Source of the DNA: Verrucomicrobiaceae bacterium | GTDB taxonomy: Bacteria > Verrucomicrobiota > Verrucomicrobiia > Verrucomicrobiales > Verrucomicrobiaceae | DNA: 64,000 bases | Assembly (NCBI GenBank): GCA_021151605.1 | Contig: JAGKWZ010000002.1 | Coordinates: forward strand, 13,896 to 77,895 | Direction of reading: 5' to 3' | Shown: piece after piece, positions 49,932 through 60,552 of the stretch | How the letters are laid out: the number at the start of each line of letters is the position of its first letter | Numbering within the stretch: the stretch's first letter is position 1 | Notes under the pieces: generated by a model | The model's input: only the letters and a program-made list of their open reading frames with translations | What the model was told of the DNA's origin: nothing | Database searches by the model: none | Translations under genes and position numbers: made by a program

Positions 49932-50543
49932 TCAGGGGCGGACGGTCACAGGAGTGCCCTGAGACACATTGTTAAAGAAAATGGCGGCCATATGGCCGGG
50001 CATGCGGACACAGCCATGGCTGGCGGGATAACCGGGGAGGAAGCCCTCGTGCATCCCAGTTCCGCCATTGAATCGCATGAAGTGGTGCATTTTGGAACCC
50101 TCAAATCGTGTGCCGGGCGGCGGCTTATCCTTAGAAATGTCGATATTTGCCACGACGACCTGCCCATAGGCATCCACGAAGTCTCCGTAGAGGTTGGATT
50201 TATGCCACTGGTCTTTCTGGATGACCTTGAAGTTACCAGTCTTCGTGGCGTGCTTCTCGTCTCCGGTGGACAGAGCCGAAACACCTGCCAGCGAGCCACC
50301 TTTGTAAAAGTAGGCCTTCTGATCACTTAGATCGATCACGATACTGGGCGCACCCGCCATGCCATCTCCGTCCCAGTAGGAGACCAAGTCTTGATTGTAC
50401 AGCGCCGAGTGCGGAACCACGCTCGGATCAAAAGCCTCCAGATACTGTGTTTGACCGCGTGAAGAGCCGGTGTTCGCGCAAGAGGCGAGACTGCCGAGCA
50501 GGGCGAGGATGGAAAGACGGAAGAACAGGTCGTGTGTGGACAT
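49932..50543 (-). CDS. L,D-transpeptidase lipoprotein (YkuD family)
   Basis: Lipobox LASC; MHEG.LPGYPASHGCVRM. Confidence 0.92.
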   Translation of the reverse strand: MSTHDLFFRLSILALLGSLASCANTGSSRGQTQYLEAFDPSVVPHSALYNQDLVSYWDGDGMAGAPSIVIDLSDQKAYFYKGGSLAGVSALSTGDEKHATKTGNFKVIQKDQWHKSNLYGDFVDAYGQVVVANIDISKDKPPPGTRFEGSKMHHFMRFNGGTGMHEGFLPGYPASHGCVRMPGHMAAIFFNNVSQGTPVTVRP

Positions 50544-50744
50544 CTCGATCAGCAGGGGGACCAGGGAACGGAAAGTGCGCGGGAGGATGCCGCAACGGCC
50601 TCCCTCTGTCCACTGCTTCCTGCCTTTTCGCCCTGCCTTCGTCAGCAGGCAGAGCTTTCCTGCCTGGATGAGGTTTTTTGCCGTGGCATGTATGAAGCAT
50701 TGGCCTGATGCGTATGCTTGTGCCTGTTTTTGATACCGAAAACC

Positions 50745-52091
50745 ATGACCACCACGTCCACCCCATCCCGCCGTTCTTTCCTGACCACCGCCGCTGGCGC
50801 TGTGGCAGCTCCTTTCATCCTGCCTTCCCGAGTCTGGTCGGCTGAAACCGCTCCCAACTCGCGCATCAACATCGGTTTCATCGGCATGGGCAAGATGAAC
50901 AGTGGCCACCTCGGCAACTTCCTCGGCCGCGAGAGCGTGAATGTCGCCGCAGTGTGCGACGTGGACACCAACCGCCGCAACAACGCCAAGGCCACCGTCG
51001 AGAAGCGCTACGGCGAGAAGAAAGATGGCAGCTACAAGGGCTGCGATGCCTACAGCGACTTCCGCGAATTACTCGCCCGCAAGGATATCGATGCTGTCGT
51101 CGTGGCTACGCCTGACCATTGGCATGCCTACATCGGCATCGCCGCCGTGAAAGCTGGCAAGGATGTCTATGGTGAGAAGCCTCTCACCCACAATGTCCAC
51201 GAAGCCCTCACACTCACGAAGGCCGTGCGCGACAGCGGCCGCATCTTCCAGACCGGCTCTCAGCAGCGCTCCAGCAAGGAATTCCGCATCGCCTGCGAAC
51301 TCGTGCGCAACGGCGTCATCGGAGAGATCAAGACCATCACCACCTCCTTTGGCGATCCTGCACCTGTTTATAATTTGGCCGAAGAGCCTGCCGAACCCGG
51401 CCTCGACTGGGATCGCTGGTGCGGTCCGGGCCCGCTGAAGCCCTACAGCAGTGTCCTCAGCCCTCGTGGCGTCCACAACCACTTTCCCGCTTGGCGCATG
51501 ACCCGTGAGTTCGGCGGTGGCATGATCACCGACTGGGGTGCTCATCATATCGACATCGCCCAGTGGGGCCTCGGCATGGACGAAAGCGGCCCCGTCGAGG
51601 TCCGCTCCGCAGGCGCTGACAAAAAGCGTGGTGCCCAGCTCGTCTATGCCAATGGTGTCGTGCTCACCCATGGCGAAGGCAAAGGGGTCTCCTTCTACGG
51701 CACCGAAGGCGAGGTGCATGTGAACCGTGGCAAGTTCGAGCTCTGGCTCGGCGGCAAAAAAGTCCACGGCTTCATGGACAAGGAAGTGGACAAAGGAACC
51801 TCCCTTGATCGCGAAGTGGTGCTCTCCGAGCGCGAGTTCCTCAAGGACGCCAAGGTGAAGCTTTATGAGAGCAAAAACCACCACGACGACTGGCTCAACA
51901 GCATCAAAACGCGTGAGCGCCCGATCTGCGATGTCGCCGTCGGTGCCACCACCGTCATCTCCTGCCACCTCATGAACATGGCCTACTGGCATGGTGCCAG
52001 CTTCAAATGGAACCCCACCGACCGCACCTTTGCCGAAGGCGGAGATCCGAAATGGCTCACCCGCGACTACCGCGGTGATTGGGTGGTCTAA
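50745..52091 (+). CDS. Tat-exported Gfo/Idh/MocA oxidoreductase
   Basis: SRRSFL, GFIGMG, TPDHWH, EKPLT. Confidence 0.95.
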   Translation: MTTTSTPSRRSFLTTAAGAVAAPFILPSRVWSAETAPNSRINIGFIGMGKMNSGHLGNFLGRESVNVAAVCDVDTNRRNNAKATVEKRYGEKKDGSYKGCDAYSDFRELLARKDIDAVVVATPDHWHAYIGIAAVKAGKDVYGEKPLTHNVHEALTLTKAVRDSGRIFQTGSQQRSSKEFRIACELVRNGVIGEIKTITTSFGDPAPVYNLAEEPAEPGLDWDRWCGPGPLKPYSSVLSPRGVHNHFPAWRMTREFGGGMITDWGAHHIDIAQWGLGMDESGPVEVRSAGADKKRGAQLVYANGVVLTHGEGKGVSFYGTEGEVHVNRGKFELWLGGKKVHGFMDKEVDKGTSLDREVVLSEREFLKDAKVKLYESKNHHDDWLNSIKTRERPICDVAVGATTVISCHLMNMAYWHGASFKWNPTDRTFAEGGDPKWLTRDYRGDWVV

Positions 52092-52136
52092 GCCCACCAG
52101 TCATAGAGGCTCAGTCCTCACCAATTCAAACCATCA

Positions 52137-52162
52137 GGCGGCCTCACCAGGGGCCGCTTTTT
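52137..52162 (+). terminator. Intrinsic terminator
   Basis: GCGGCC/GGCCGC stem followed by TTTTT. Confidence 0.6.
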
Positions 52163-52415
52163 GCTGTGACTAGACTGGTTCTCGAAAAGAATGTCTGAAA
52201 TGACCGGCGAGCGCGGCGGCTTCAGTGGCAAGGAAAGAACGAGGAGGCTATTAGAACAATAGCTGACGAGTGAATGACGCCGCCAATGAGGCCGCCCCGT
52301 CGCCGGCAATCTGACAGACATTTCGAGAACCGGTCTAGGTCGGCATGCATTTGCTGGTTGGACATTCCGGCCGCTTCGTGTCCAAAATGGGAATTCACAC
52401 GCCTCATAGATCACC

Positions 52416-53636
52416 ATGAACCGCCGCCAATTTCTCCAGACCACTGCCGCAGCTCTGCCCACGTTTGCCATCGCGCAGGGAGCGGCGAAGAAACGCATCC
52501 TCCTGCGTTCATCGTGGCAGACGGTGAACATCGGCGACATCGCCCACACGCCAGGCATGTTGGCCCTGCTGGAGAAGCATTTGCCGGAATATGAAGTCAC
52601 CCTCTGGCCCAGCAGCGTAGAAAATGGGGTGGCCGAGATGCTGACAAAGCGCTTCCCAAAGCTGAAAATCCTGGGGAAAGATGCCGCAGCCAAAGCGGAG
52701 GCCTTCAAGACTCATGACTTCCTGCTACATGGCTCGGGGCCGGGCATCGTGGGACAGAAATCCATCCTCGAATGGACGGAGAAGACCGGCAAACCCTACG
52801 GCATCGGCGGCGTGACGTGGAGCCCTTCTGAAGAGGGTGTAAAAGTCATCAGCGGGGCAAAGTTCGCCTTTTTCCGTGATTCGGTCTCCCTGGAAACCGC
52901 GAAGAAAGCCGGTGCCAGAAGTCCGATCATGGAATTCGGGCCTGATGCGACCTTTGCCTGCGACCTCGTGGATGACGCTGCCGCCACAGCTTGGCTAAAA
53001 GACGTGGGGCTGCAGGAGGGGCAGTTCGTCTGCTGCATTCCCAAACTGCGAAACTCACCCTACTGGGAGATCAAAAAGGGCTACAAGTTTGACGAGAAGA
53101 AACACGCCCGAAACGAGGAGATGAAGGAGCACGACATCGGCCCGCTGCGTGCGGCGGTCATCGCCGTGGCGCGGCAGACTCCGATGAAGGTGCTGCTGTG
53201 CCCGGAAGACGCCAGCCAGATGAAGCTGAACAAGGAGATGATCTATGACAAGCTGCCTGAGGACGTGAAAGCCAAGGTCGTCTGGCGGGAGAACTACTGG
53301 CTCACCGACTTCGCCCAGAGCGTTTACAGCCGCAGTGCGGGTCTCTTTGGCAATGAACAGCATAGCCCGATCCTATGCATCGGCCACGGCATCCCGGCCA
53401 TTGTCTGCCGCTACAAGGAGCAGACCAGCAAAGGCTTCATGTGGAAGGACATCGGGCTGAGTGAATGGCTCTTCGACCACGACTTCGACGAAGCAGAGAA
53501 AGGCCTCACGCCTGCCGTGCTGGCCATCGTCAACGACCAAGCAGCCGCGAAGGCGAAGGCGCTGAAGGGTAAAGCCGTCGCCGATGACCGGATGAAGCGG
53601 ATGATGGACGTGCTGCGCACCGAGCTGGAGGCGTGA
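52416..53636 (+). CDS. Polysaccharide pyruvyl transferase family protein (Tat signal)
   Basis: NRRQFL, NIGD, FRDSVS, GPDATF. Confidence 0.8.
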   Translation: MNRRQFLQTTAAALPTFAIAQGAAKKRILLRSSWQTVNIGDIAHTPGMLALLEKHLPEYEVTLWPSSVENGVAEMLTKRFPKLKILGKDAAAKAEAFKTHDFLLHGSGPGIVGQKSILEWTEKTGKPYGIGGVTWSPSEEGVKVISGAKFAFFRDSVSLETAKKAGARSPIMEFGPDATFACDLVDDAAATAWLKDVGLQEGQFVCCIPKLRNSPYWEIKKGYKFDEKKHARNEEMKEHDIGPLRAAVIAVARQTPMKVLLCPEDASQMKLNKEMIYDKLPEDVKAKVVWRENYWLTDFAQSVYSRSAGLFGNEQHSPILCIGHGIPAIVCRYKEQTSKGFMWKDIGLSEWLFDHDFDEAEKGLTPAVLAIVNDQAAAKAKALKGKAVADDRMKRMMDVLRTELEA

Positions 53637-53680
53637 TCACTTCTTGCGTCCGGCGCTGCTTCCGCTAAAGCCTCGGCACC

Positions 53681-54253
53681 ATGTCCCTCGAATCCGACCG
53701 CGCCGAACTCGCCCAGATCCTCCGTTCCAAGTCCGTGAAGACGGGCAAATTCACCCTGGCCTCTGGCAAGGAGAGTGATCTCTACGTGGACTGCCGCGTG
53801 ACCACACTGGACGCACGCGGTGCCGTGCTCGTCGGTCGTGTACTGCATGATCTTTTCCGCAAAGAAGAAGCCGCCCGTGGGCTGAGCATCGGCTCGCTCG
53901 GCGGACTGACGATGGGCGCAGACCCGATCACGCTTGCGGTAGCGATGACCTCCAGCATGGCCGGTGACGCGAAACCCGTGCAGGCCTTCGTCGTCCGCAA
54001 GGAAGCCAAAGACCACGGTCGTGGTAAACGCATCGAGGGGAATTTCACCCCAGAGCAGCCTGTGGTCGTCGTCGATGACGTGATCACCACGGGTGACTCC
54101 ACCTTGAAAGCCATCCAGGCGATCGAAGCTGAAGGCGGGAAAGTCGCCTTTGCCCTCATCCTCGTAGATCGCGAGGAAGGCGGGCGTCAGAACATCGAGA
54201 GCAAAGGCTTCCCCGTCGTGGCTGCCTTTACCCGCAAGGAACTCGTCGGCTGA
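53681..54253 (+). CDS. pyrE: Orotate phosphoribosyltransferase
   Basis: FTLASG.ES..YVD, VRKEAKDHG, VVDDVITTG. Confidence 0.97.
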   Translation: MSLESDRAELAQILRSKSVKTGKFTLASGKESDLYVDCRVTTLDARGAVLVGRVLHDLFRKEEAARGLSIGSLGGLTMGADPITLAVAMTSSMAGDAKPVQAFVVRKEAKDHGRGKRIEGNFTPEQPVVVVDDVITTGDSTLKAIQAIEAEGGKVAFALILVDREEGGRQNIESKGFPVVAAFTRKELVG

Positions 54254-55336
54254 TCAGAGCGGCTTCTCCATGCGGAAGTCGTCCATGACAAACCCGCTGC
54301 CGATGTCCGTGCAGACGTCATCGAGAAAGGTGAACCCTGCCCGCTTGTAAGCGCGGATGGCCCCCGCGTTCGCTTTATTGACCCGGAGCTGGAGACGGCC
54401 GCAGCCCATCTCGCGGGCGCGTTCACCAGCCCAGGTCAGAGCCGCAGCACCCAGGCCGCAACCATGCATCTCGGGCAGGAGATAGAGTTTATTGATGAAG
54501 CAGACGTCCGTCCCTGGATACCGCTCAAACGACAGATAGCCGGCAGGCCCATGACCTGCGGCCTCGATGAGGGCAAACCAGGTGCCGCGCAGCTCCATCT
54601 CACGAGCCATCGCGGATGGGTGATACCAGACCGTGAGCATGTACTCGATCTGGGCACGGCTGATGATACCCGGATAGACCTCCGGCCAGATGCGGTGGGC
54701 CAGCTTTTGCACCACCGGCAGTTCAGGTGCCTCGATACGGCGGATGCGCATCGTCAAAGGTGCGCGGGTCGGCTTGCCCAGCTCGGCTCTCGTCCAGTCA
54801 AGGGCAGCCTGGAATCGCTGGAGATCATCCGCAGGAGAGAGGGCGGCCAGACGCTGCTCAATCTCTGCCCGTGTGGGCTCTCGCAGACTCTCTTCGCGGA
54901 TCTGTTTCAGATCGGGTGGGAATTCATCTTCGGGCAGGATCTCCTTTGCCAGATACCAGCAGGCCCAGGCACGCCAGCTGCGCAGCTCTTTATTCGGCTC
55001 CACCATACGCGTGGCCAGATGCTGCCAGTGCCGACGCGGATTGCCGATGAACTGTCCCTCACCCGGCCGATGGATCATGAGCCAGGCAAGCGCCTGATAA
55101 GGCAGTGGCAGGCGTGACATCACAGGCTCATCTGCCGAAAGCACACAGCTCAACGCGCGATTCAGCGCCAGGATGCACTTCGCCGGGAAGCCCTGCTGCC
55201 AGAGCGTCTGCGCATAGAGGTGGCAGGTTTCGTAAAAGACAGCACCGCGATCTTTTCCCAGTGCGATCACCTCCGCTGCGTTATGCTCGCGGACAATCGC
55301 GGGCAGCAGTGGATGTGACGCATTGACGGCTGTCAT
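54254..55336 (-). CDS. Unknown N-terminal domain fused to a GNAT acetyltransferase
   Basis: C-part KLYLLPE.HG.GLG, VNKAN..AIRAY...GF. Confidence 0.8.
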   Translation of the reverse strand: MTAVNASHPLLPAIVREHNAAEVIALGKDRGAVFYETCHLYAQTLWQQGFPAKCILALNRALSCVLSADEPVMSRLPLPYQALAWLMIHRPGEGQFIGNPRRHWQHLATRMVEPNKELRSWRAWACWYLAKEILPEDEFPPDLKQIREESLREPTRAEIEQRLAALSPADDLQRFQAALDWTRAELGKPTRAPLTMRIRRIEAPELPVVQKLAHRIWPEVYPGIISRAQIEYMLTVWYHPSAMAREMELRGTWFALIEAAGHGPAGYLSFERYPGTDVCFINKLYLLPEMHGCGLGAAALTWAGERAREMGCGRLQLRVNKANAGAIRAYKRAGFTFLDDVCTDIGSGFVMDDFRMEKPL

Positions 55337-55342
55337 GAGGCA

Positions 55343-55909
55343 TCAGGCTTCATCATCCTCTTCCCACTCCTGCATCAGGCGGGCCAGCTTGCGCTTCAGC
55401 GTCACCTTCGCCGTGGCGGACATGCGGTCGATGAAAAGCACCCCATTGAGATGATCCGTCTCATGCTGGAAGGCACGCGAGAGAAGCCCGTCGGTCTCCC
55501 AGACCTGCGTTTCGCCATCGAGCGTCTGGAAGGTCACCTTCAGGTCCACACTGCGGCGGATATCGCCACGCAGACGTGGGAAGCTGAGGCAGCCTTCTTC
55601 GTCGCTTTCCTTCTCTTTGCCAAACTCCAGCACCGGGTTCAAAAAGATGACGGGCATGTGCTTCACCATGTCCACCGGCTCGCCATTGATACGCAGATAG
55701 CTGATGCACTGCGGGTTGTGGGAGACATCGATCACGGCGAGCTGCACATCCTGCGCCACCTGAGGTGCCGCCAGGCCCACGCCGTTCGCAGCGCGCATGG
55801 TTTCGATCATGTTGACCGCGAGTTCGCGGATCTCCGGTGTCGCCTGGGCGATCGGGCGGCATTTGGCACGGAGGACGGGGTCAGGGTAGCGGACGATTGG
55901 CAGGACCAT
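55343..55909 (-). CDS. def: Peptide deformylase
   Basis: GVGLAAPQ, EGCLS, QHETDHLNG. Confidence 0.97.
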   Translation of the reverse strand: MVLPIVRYPDPVLRAKCRPIAQATPEIRELAVNMIETMRAANGVGLAAPQVAQDVQLAVIDVSHNPQCISYLRINGEPVDMVKHMPVIFLNPVLEFGKEKESDEEGCLSFPRLRGDIRRSVDLKVTFQTLDGETQVWETDGLLSRAFQHETDHLNGVLFIDRMSATAKVTLKRKLARLMQEWEEDDEA

Positions 55910-56085
55910 GGGTAAGTTCTTGGGCATACACAGCTTTCCAGCCCCCGCCAGCCGAAATCCGGGATCGGAGGCATCCCATGAGGCACTCAAAACAGGTATC
56001 TGCCTGCTGCGTGACATAACCTGCCCTTCGTAATATCGGGAAGAAAGGAAAGCACCCCTCGCCCCATGCCGTAATTCGGGGGCTC

Positions 56086-57483
56086 ATGTTCACCTTTCCG
56101 AGTAGCACCTTGAACCATCACCGCCGCAGCTTTCTCAAGGCGGGGGCGATGGGTGTTGCGTCGCTGACTCTGGCGGACTTGCTGCGCGCGGAATCTGCGG
56201 CTGGCGTGCGGTCTTCGACGAAGGCGGTGATCAACATCCATCTCGACGGTGGACCGCCGCAGATGGATCTCATCGATCCGAAGCCGGACGCACCGAGCGA
56301 GATTCGCGGCGAGTTCAAATCGCTGCCCACGAAGATTCCGGGGCTGCATTTGACCGAGCTGCTGCCACGACTGGCGGCGAACGCGGACAAGTATGTCTTC
56401 CTGCGCTCGCTCAGCGGCGCGATGGGCAATCACGATGCCTTTCAGTGCCAGTCAGGCTTCAGCGACAAAGACCTCGCCTTCATCGGCGGGCGTCCGGCGA
56501 TGGGCTGCGTCGTGAGCAAGCTGCTGAGCACCTCCAAAGATTCCGCGCCTGCCTTTGTCGATCTCATGCAGGGCCGCCCGCTCGTGCGTAACAGCGCCAG
56601 GCCAGGCTTTCTCGGCACCGCAAGTTCGGCGTTCCGTCCGGACATCTCCCATCTGTTTGAGCGCCAATTGGAGAACGGCATGAAGGCCGAACTGGCGCGT
56701 CGTGGCTCAGGACACAATCAAAGTCTGGCGCTGACAAAAGGCCTGACCGTCGGGCGGCTCGAAGACCGCGTGTCGCTGCTGCGTGATCTAGATACGATCC
56801 GCCGTGACATCGACAACAGCGGCTCCATGCACGCGCTGGATGAGTTCAATCAACTCTCGCTCGGTATTCTCACCTCAGGCCGGTTCGCAGCCGCGATGGA
56901 TCTGAGCAAAGAAGACCCCAAGGTGCTCGAACGCTACACGCCGCGCATCATTCGCCCTGCGGATGCCTTTGGCTCGATGGAAAGCCCGAAGTGTGCGCAG
57001 AAGTTCCTGCTCGCACGGCGCTTGATCGAGGCCGGTGTGCGCTGTGTGAGCATCTCCATCAGCGATTTCGATACGCACTCGCGGAACTTTTCCGCCATGC
57101 GCTACCTCGGCCCTCTCATCGACCACGCACTGCACACGCTCGTCACTGATCTCGACGAGCGCGGTATGTTGCAGGACGTGATGATCATCGTCTGGGGTGA
57201 GTTTGGCCGCACGCCGAAGATCAATGAGAAAGCCGGCCGCGATCACTGGCCCAAAGTAGCCATGGGCATCATGGCGGGCGGTCATCTCAAAACCGGCCAA
57301 GTCATCGGTGCCACCGACAAACACGCCGCCGAGGCCAGCGAGCGCCCCGTGCATTATCAGGACGTCATCGCCACGCTCTACCAACATCTCGGCATCGACG
57401 CCCGCGGCACCACGCTCACCGACACGACCGGCAGACCGCAGTATCTTGTCGATCTCGGGCAGCCGATTGCCGAGATCATCTAA
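56086..57483 (+). CDS. DUF1501 protein
   Basis: RRSFL, GGPPQMD..DPKP, FDTH, WGEFGRTP, GRDHW. Confidence 0.93.
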   Translation: MFTFPSSTLNHHRRSFLKAGAMGVASLTLADLLRAESAAGVRSSTKAVINIHLDGGPPQMDLIDPKPDAPSEIRGEFKSLPTKIPGLHLTELLPRLAANADKYVFLRSLSGAMGNHDAFQCQSGFSDKDLAFIGGRPAMGCVVSKLLSTSKDSAPAFVDLMQGRPLVRNSARPGFLGTASSAFRPDISHLFERQLENGMKAELARRGSGHNQSLALTKGLTVGRLEDRVSLLRDLDTIRRDIDNSGSMHALDEFNQLSLGILTSGRFAAAMDLSKEDPKVLERYTPRIIRPADAFGSMESPKCAQKFLLARRLIEAGVRCVSISISDFDTHSRNFSAMRYLGPLIDHALHTLVTDLDERGMLQDVMIIVWGEFGRTPKINEKAGRDHWPKVAMGIMAGGHLKTGQVIGATDKHAAEASERPVHYQDVIATLYQHLGIDARGTTLTDTTGRPQYLVDLGQPIAEII

Positions 57484-57514
57484 AGTGGTCCGCTGAATCG
57501 GAAGCGATACGACT

Positions 57515-58879
57515 TCACTGGTGCCCGTACTTCGCGCGCTCGCTCTTGCGAATGAACTTATCCGCCTCCGGCATGCCGGGGACTTTCATGTTCGGGCCAT
57601 CCCAGTCGATGCTCTTTTGCAAACGCAGCGCCACGATCCCTGACAGGCCGATCTCGGTGAGGTGTCCGCCGAGATCAAAGTCGGCGAAGACCTTCGGCCC
57701 GCCCTGGATGGCATCAACCCACTCGTCGATGTGGCCCTTCACACGTGGTAGAGTGATGGGCACCTGTTTCGCGGCGGGATGATTGTCCGCGCCGGTGAAT
57801 TTCGCGTCGCTGTTGAGCTTCACGTAGCATTCGGAATTCCACAGGCCGCTTTGGAGCTGCCCATGCTCGCCGATGAGCAGGCAGCCGGTTCGCGGAAGAC
57901 TGCCGAAAGTGCCGATGAGTGGCGCGGTGACATCTGTGGGCGGTAAATCACCGCCGGTGTAGAAATGCAGCCGCACCGGGCCACGATCACCACGCGCGGC
58001 GAAGTGAAAGTGCACGGTACAGGACGCAGCGAAGCTTTCCTTGCCCATGCCGGTGCCGCTGATCTCGATACGTGTCGGATAATCGAGGTTCAAAGCGCGC
58101 ACGGGCATGTTGAAGCCGTGGCAGCAGAAGTCACCGAGCGAGCCGTTGCCAAAGTCATACCAGCCGCGCCACTTCGCCGGATGGTAGATGCCGTTCTTGT
58201 AGGCACGCTCGGGCGCGGTGCCGAGCCAGAAGTCCCAGTCGAGCGTGGCGGGGATGGCATCATTGCCCGCAGGGCGCTCCTCGCCGCTCGGCCAACTGTG
58301 CGTGGGATGCCAGACGTGGATGTCGCTGATCGCGCCGAAGAAGCCAGCGCCGATCAGCTCCATGCTGCGGCGCAGGTTCGGTGATGCGCTTCCCTGATTA
58401 CCAGTCTGCGTGATCACCTTCGCCGTGCGCGACATCTTGCGCAGTTCGCGTGCCTCCGCGATGGTGTGCGTGAGCGGCTTCTCGCAATACACATGCTTTC
58501 CCGCGTTCATCACCGCGCGGCAGATCGGCGCATGCCAGTGATCCGGTGTGGCGATGACGACAGCGTCGAGCGACTTCTCTTTTTCGAGCAGAACGCGGTA
58601 ATCGCTGTAAACCGCCGCGTTCGCCACGCCCTCGCCATGGCGCTTCTTGGAGTTCTCGATCTGCGCCGAATCGACATCGCACAGCGCGCCGACGTGATGA
58701 CCGAGTTGCACGATCTTGCTCACGTGGCCCTGAATCTGGCCACCCATGCCGATGAAGCCGACGTTGAGCTTGCGCGCCGAATGGCCGCGCAGAAGTCCAG
58801 AAGGCAAAATCAGCGTGGAGGCCGCGGCGGCGGAGTTTTGGAGAAAGGAGCGGCGGTTGGAGGCAGCGGTCGGCTTCAT
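57515..58879 (-). CDS. Tat-exported Gfo/Idh/MocA oxidoreductase
   Basis: NRRSFL, TPDHWH, CEKPL, WRGWYDFG. Confidence 0.95.
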   Translation of the reverse strand: MKPTAASNRRSFLQNSAAAASTLILPSGLLRGHSARKLNVGFIGMGGQIQGHVSKIVQLGHHVGALCDVDSAQIENSKKRHGEGVANAAVYSDYRVLLEKEKSLDAVVIATPDHWHAPICRAVMNAGKHVYCEKPLTHTIAEARELRKMSRTAKVITQTGNQGSASPNLRRSMELIGAGFFGAISDIHVWHPTHSWPSGEERPAGNDAIPATLDWDFWLGTAPERAYKNGIYHPAKWRGWYDFGNGSLGDFCCHGFNMPVRALNLDYPTRIEISGTGMGKESFAASCTVHFHFAARGDRGPVRLHFYTGGDLPPTDVTAPLIGTFGSLPRTGCLLIGEHGQLQSGLWNSECYVKLNSDAKFTGADNHPAAKQVPITLPRVKGHIDEWVDAIQGGPKVFADFDLGGHLTEIGLSGIVALRLQKSIDWDGPNMKVPGMPEADKFIRKSERAKYGHQ

Positions 58880-58980
58880 GGCGAATGGTGGGGCCATCAA
58901 TAAGCCGAAGCGTGAGACGTTGTTTCATGCTTCACATGGCCCAAGCTCGAAGAATCGGTCTGGAAGGTCGTTTGTCGTTC

Positions 58981-60435
58981 ATGCGACTTTTTCTATGTCT
59001 TCTCGCCTTGGGTTCGATCCACGCCGCCGAACTCCACATCGGCTCTTCCACAGTCAGCATCACGCCTGAAAAGCCGGTGGCACTCGCGGGGCAGTTTGGA
59101 ACGCGTATTTCACAAAGTGTCGAAGCTCCGATCATCGCAGCTGCGGTTGCGATTGAGTCCGTGGAGGGCGGCAAGGTGATCGATCAGAGCATTCTCATCT
59201 CCTGCGACCTCGTGGGCATTCATCACTCGGTGCTCGCGCAGTTTCGTCAGCATCTGAAGCCGCTGCTGCCGGACTTCGATGTGCGAAAGATCATCGTGTC
59301 CGCCACGCACACGCACACCGCGCCAGTGACCTCGGAGATTCCCGAGGAGACGCTGATCACCTATCCGATCCCGAAGGAAGGTGTGATGCAGCCAGCGGAA
59401 TACACCGCGTTTCTCGTCGAGCGCCTGTCGCAAGCCGCCGTGCAGGCATGGAAGGCTCGCAAGCCGGGCGGTGTGAGCTGGACGCTCGGTTTCGCGCAGA
59501 TCGGCGAGAATCGCCGCTCCGTCTTCGCCGATGGTCACGCGCAGATGTATGCGAAGACGAACGACGCGCGCTTTCGCCACATGGAGGCCGGCTCCGACTC
59601 GGGAATCGAGACGCTATTCTTCTGGAATGCCGACAAGCAGCTCCAAGCCGTCGCCATCAATGTCGCTTGCCCATCGCAGGAAGTGGAGAGCCGCAGCGCG
59701 CTCAACGCCGACTTCTGGCACGACGCGCGGGAGCAGTTGAAGGCCAAATTGAACATGCCTGACCTCACCGTGCTCGGCTGGTGCAGCGCTGCGGGCGATC
59801 AATCGACGCATCCGCAGTATCGCAAGGATGCCGAGGCTCGCATGATCAAGCTGCGCGGCCTCACACGGCAGCAGGAACTCGGTCGCCGCATCAGCAATGC
59901 CGTGGTGGACACAGTCGATGCCGCGAAGGCTGACATCCGCACCGACGCTCCGTTTGGCCACATCGTTGAAGACCTGCCGCTGCCGCCACGCAAGATCCTC
60001 GAACGCGAGTATTCGGACGCGAAGAAAAACATCGCGCAATACAGCGTCGTCGAGAAGCCGGACAACCGCGTCATCACGATGCTCGCTCTCGAAAAAGGCA
60101 TCGTGAAACGGTTCGAGGAAGCGGACAAACTCCCGCCTTACGACATGGAACTGCATGTCCTGCGTCTTGGCGACATCGCCATCACCACGAACACCTTTGA
60201 GCTCTATCTCGACTGGGGCATTCAGATGAAGGCCCGCAGCCCCGCACAGCAGACCTTTGTGCTCCAGCTTACGAATGGATGCGGCATGTATCTGCCCACC
60301 GCGCTCGCCATCGAAGGCGGCAGCTATAGCGGCCTGCCGCATGTGAACAAAGTCGGACCCGAAGGCGGGCAGATTCTCGTCGATCAAACCGTCCGTGCCA
60401 TGCAGGCGCTTTTTTCGGAGCCTGCTGTGAAATAG
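58981..60435 (+). CDS. Neutral/alkaline ceramidase-like hydrolase
   Basis: SATHTHTAP, GDQS, Y..G.Q.K.RSP, YLPT. Confidence 0.75.
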   Translation: MRLFLCLLALGSIHAAELHIGSSTVSITPEKPVALAGQFGTRISQSVEAPIIAAAVAIESVEGGKVIDQSILISCDLVGIHHSVLAQFRQHLKPLLPDFDVRKIIVSATHTHTAPVTSEIPEETLITYPIPKEGVMQPAEYTAFLVERLSQAAVQAWKARKPGGVSWTLGFAQIGENRRSVFADGHAQMYAKTNDARFRHMEAGSDSGIETLFFWNADKQLQAVAINVACPSQEVESRSALNADFWHDAREQLKAKLNMPDLTVLGWCSAAGDQSTHPQYRKDAEARMIKLRGLTRQQELGRRISNAVVDTVDAAKADIRTDAPFGHIVEDLPLPPRKILEREYSDAKKNIAQYSVVEKPDNRVITMLALEKGIVKRFEEADKLPPYDMELHVLRLGDIAITTNTFELYLDWGIQMKARSPAQQTFVLQLTNGCGMYLPTALAIEGGSYSGLPHVNKVGPEGGQILVDQTVRAMQALFSEPAVK

Positions 60436-60552
60436 GCAGTAGTCCGCACAGAACATCCTCCGTCACCGGGCACGATCAGGAGGCTGGTGACAACACATTT
60501 CATGAAGCTGCAGCCAATGCTAAAGCGGACGGACATCATGTGGTCGTAGCGT

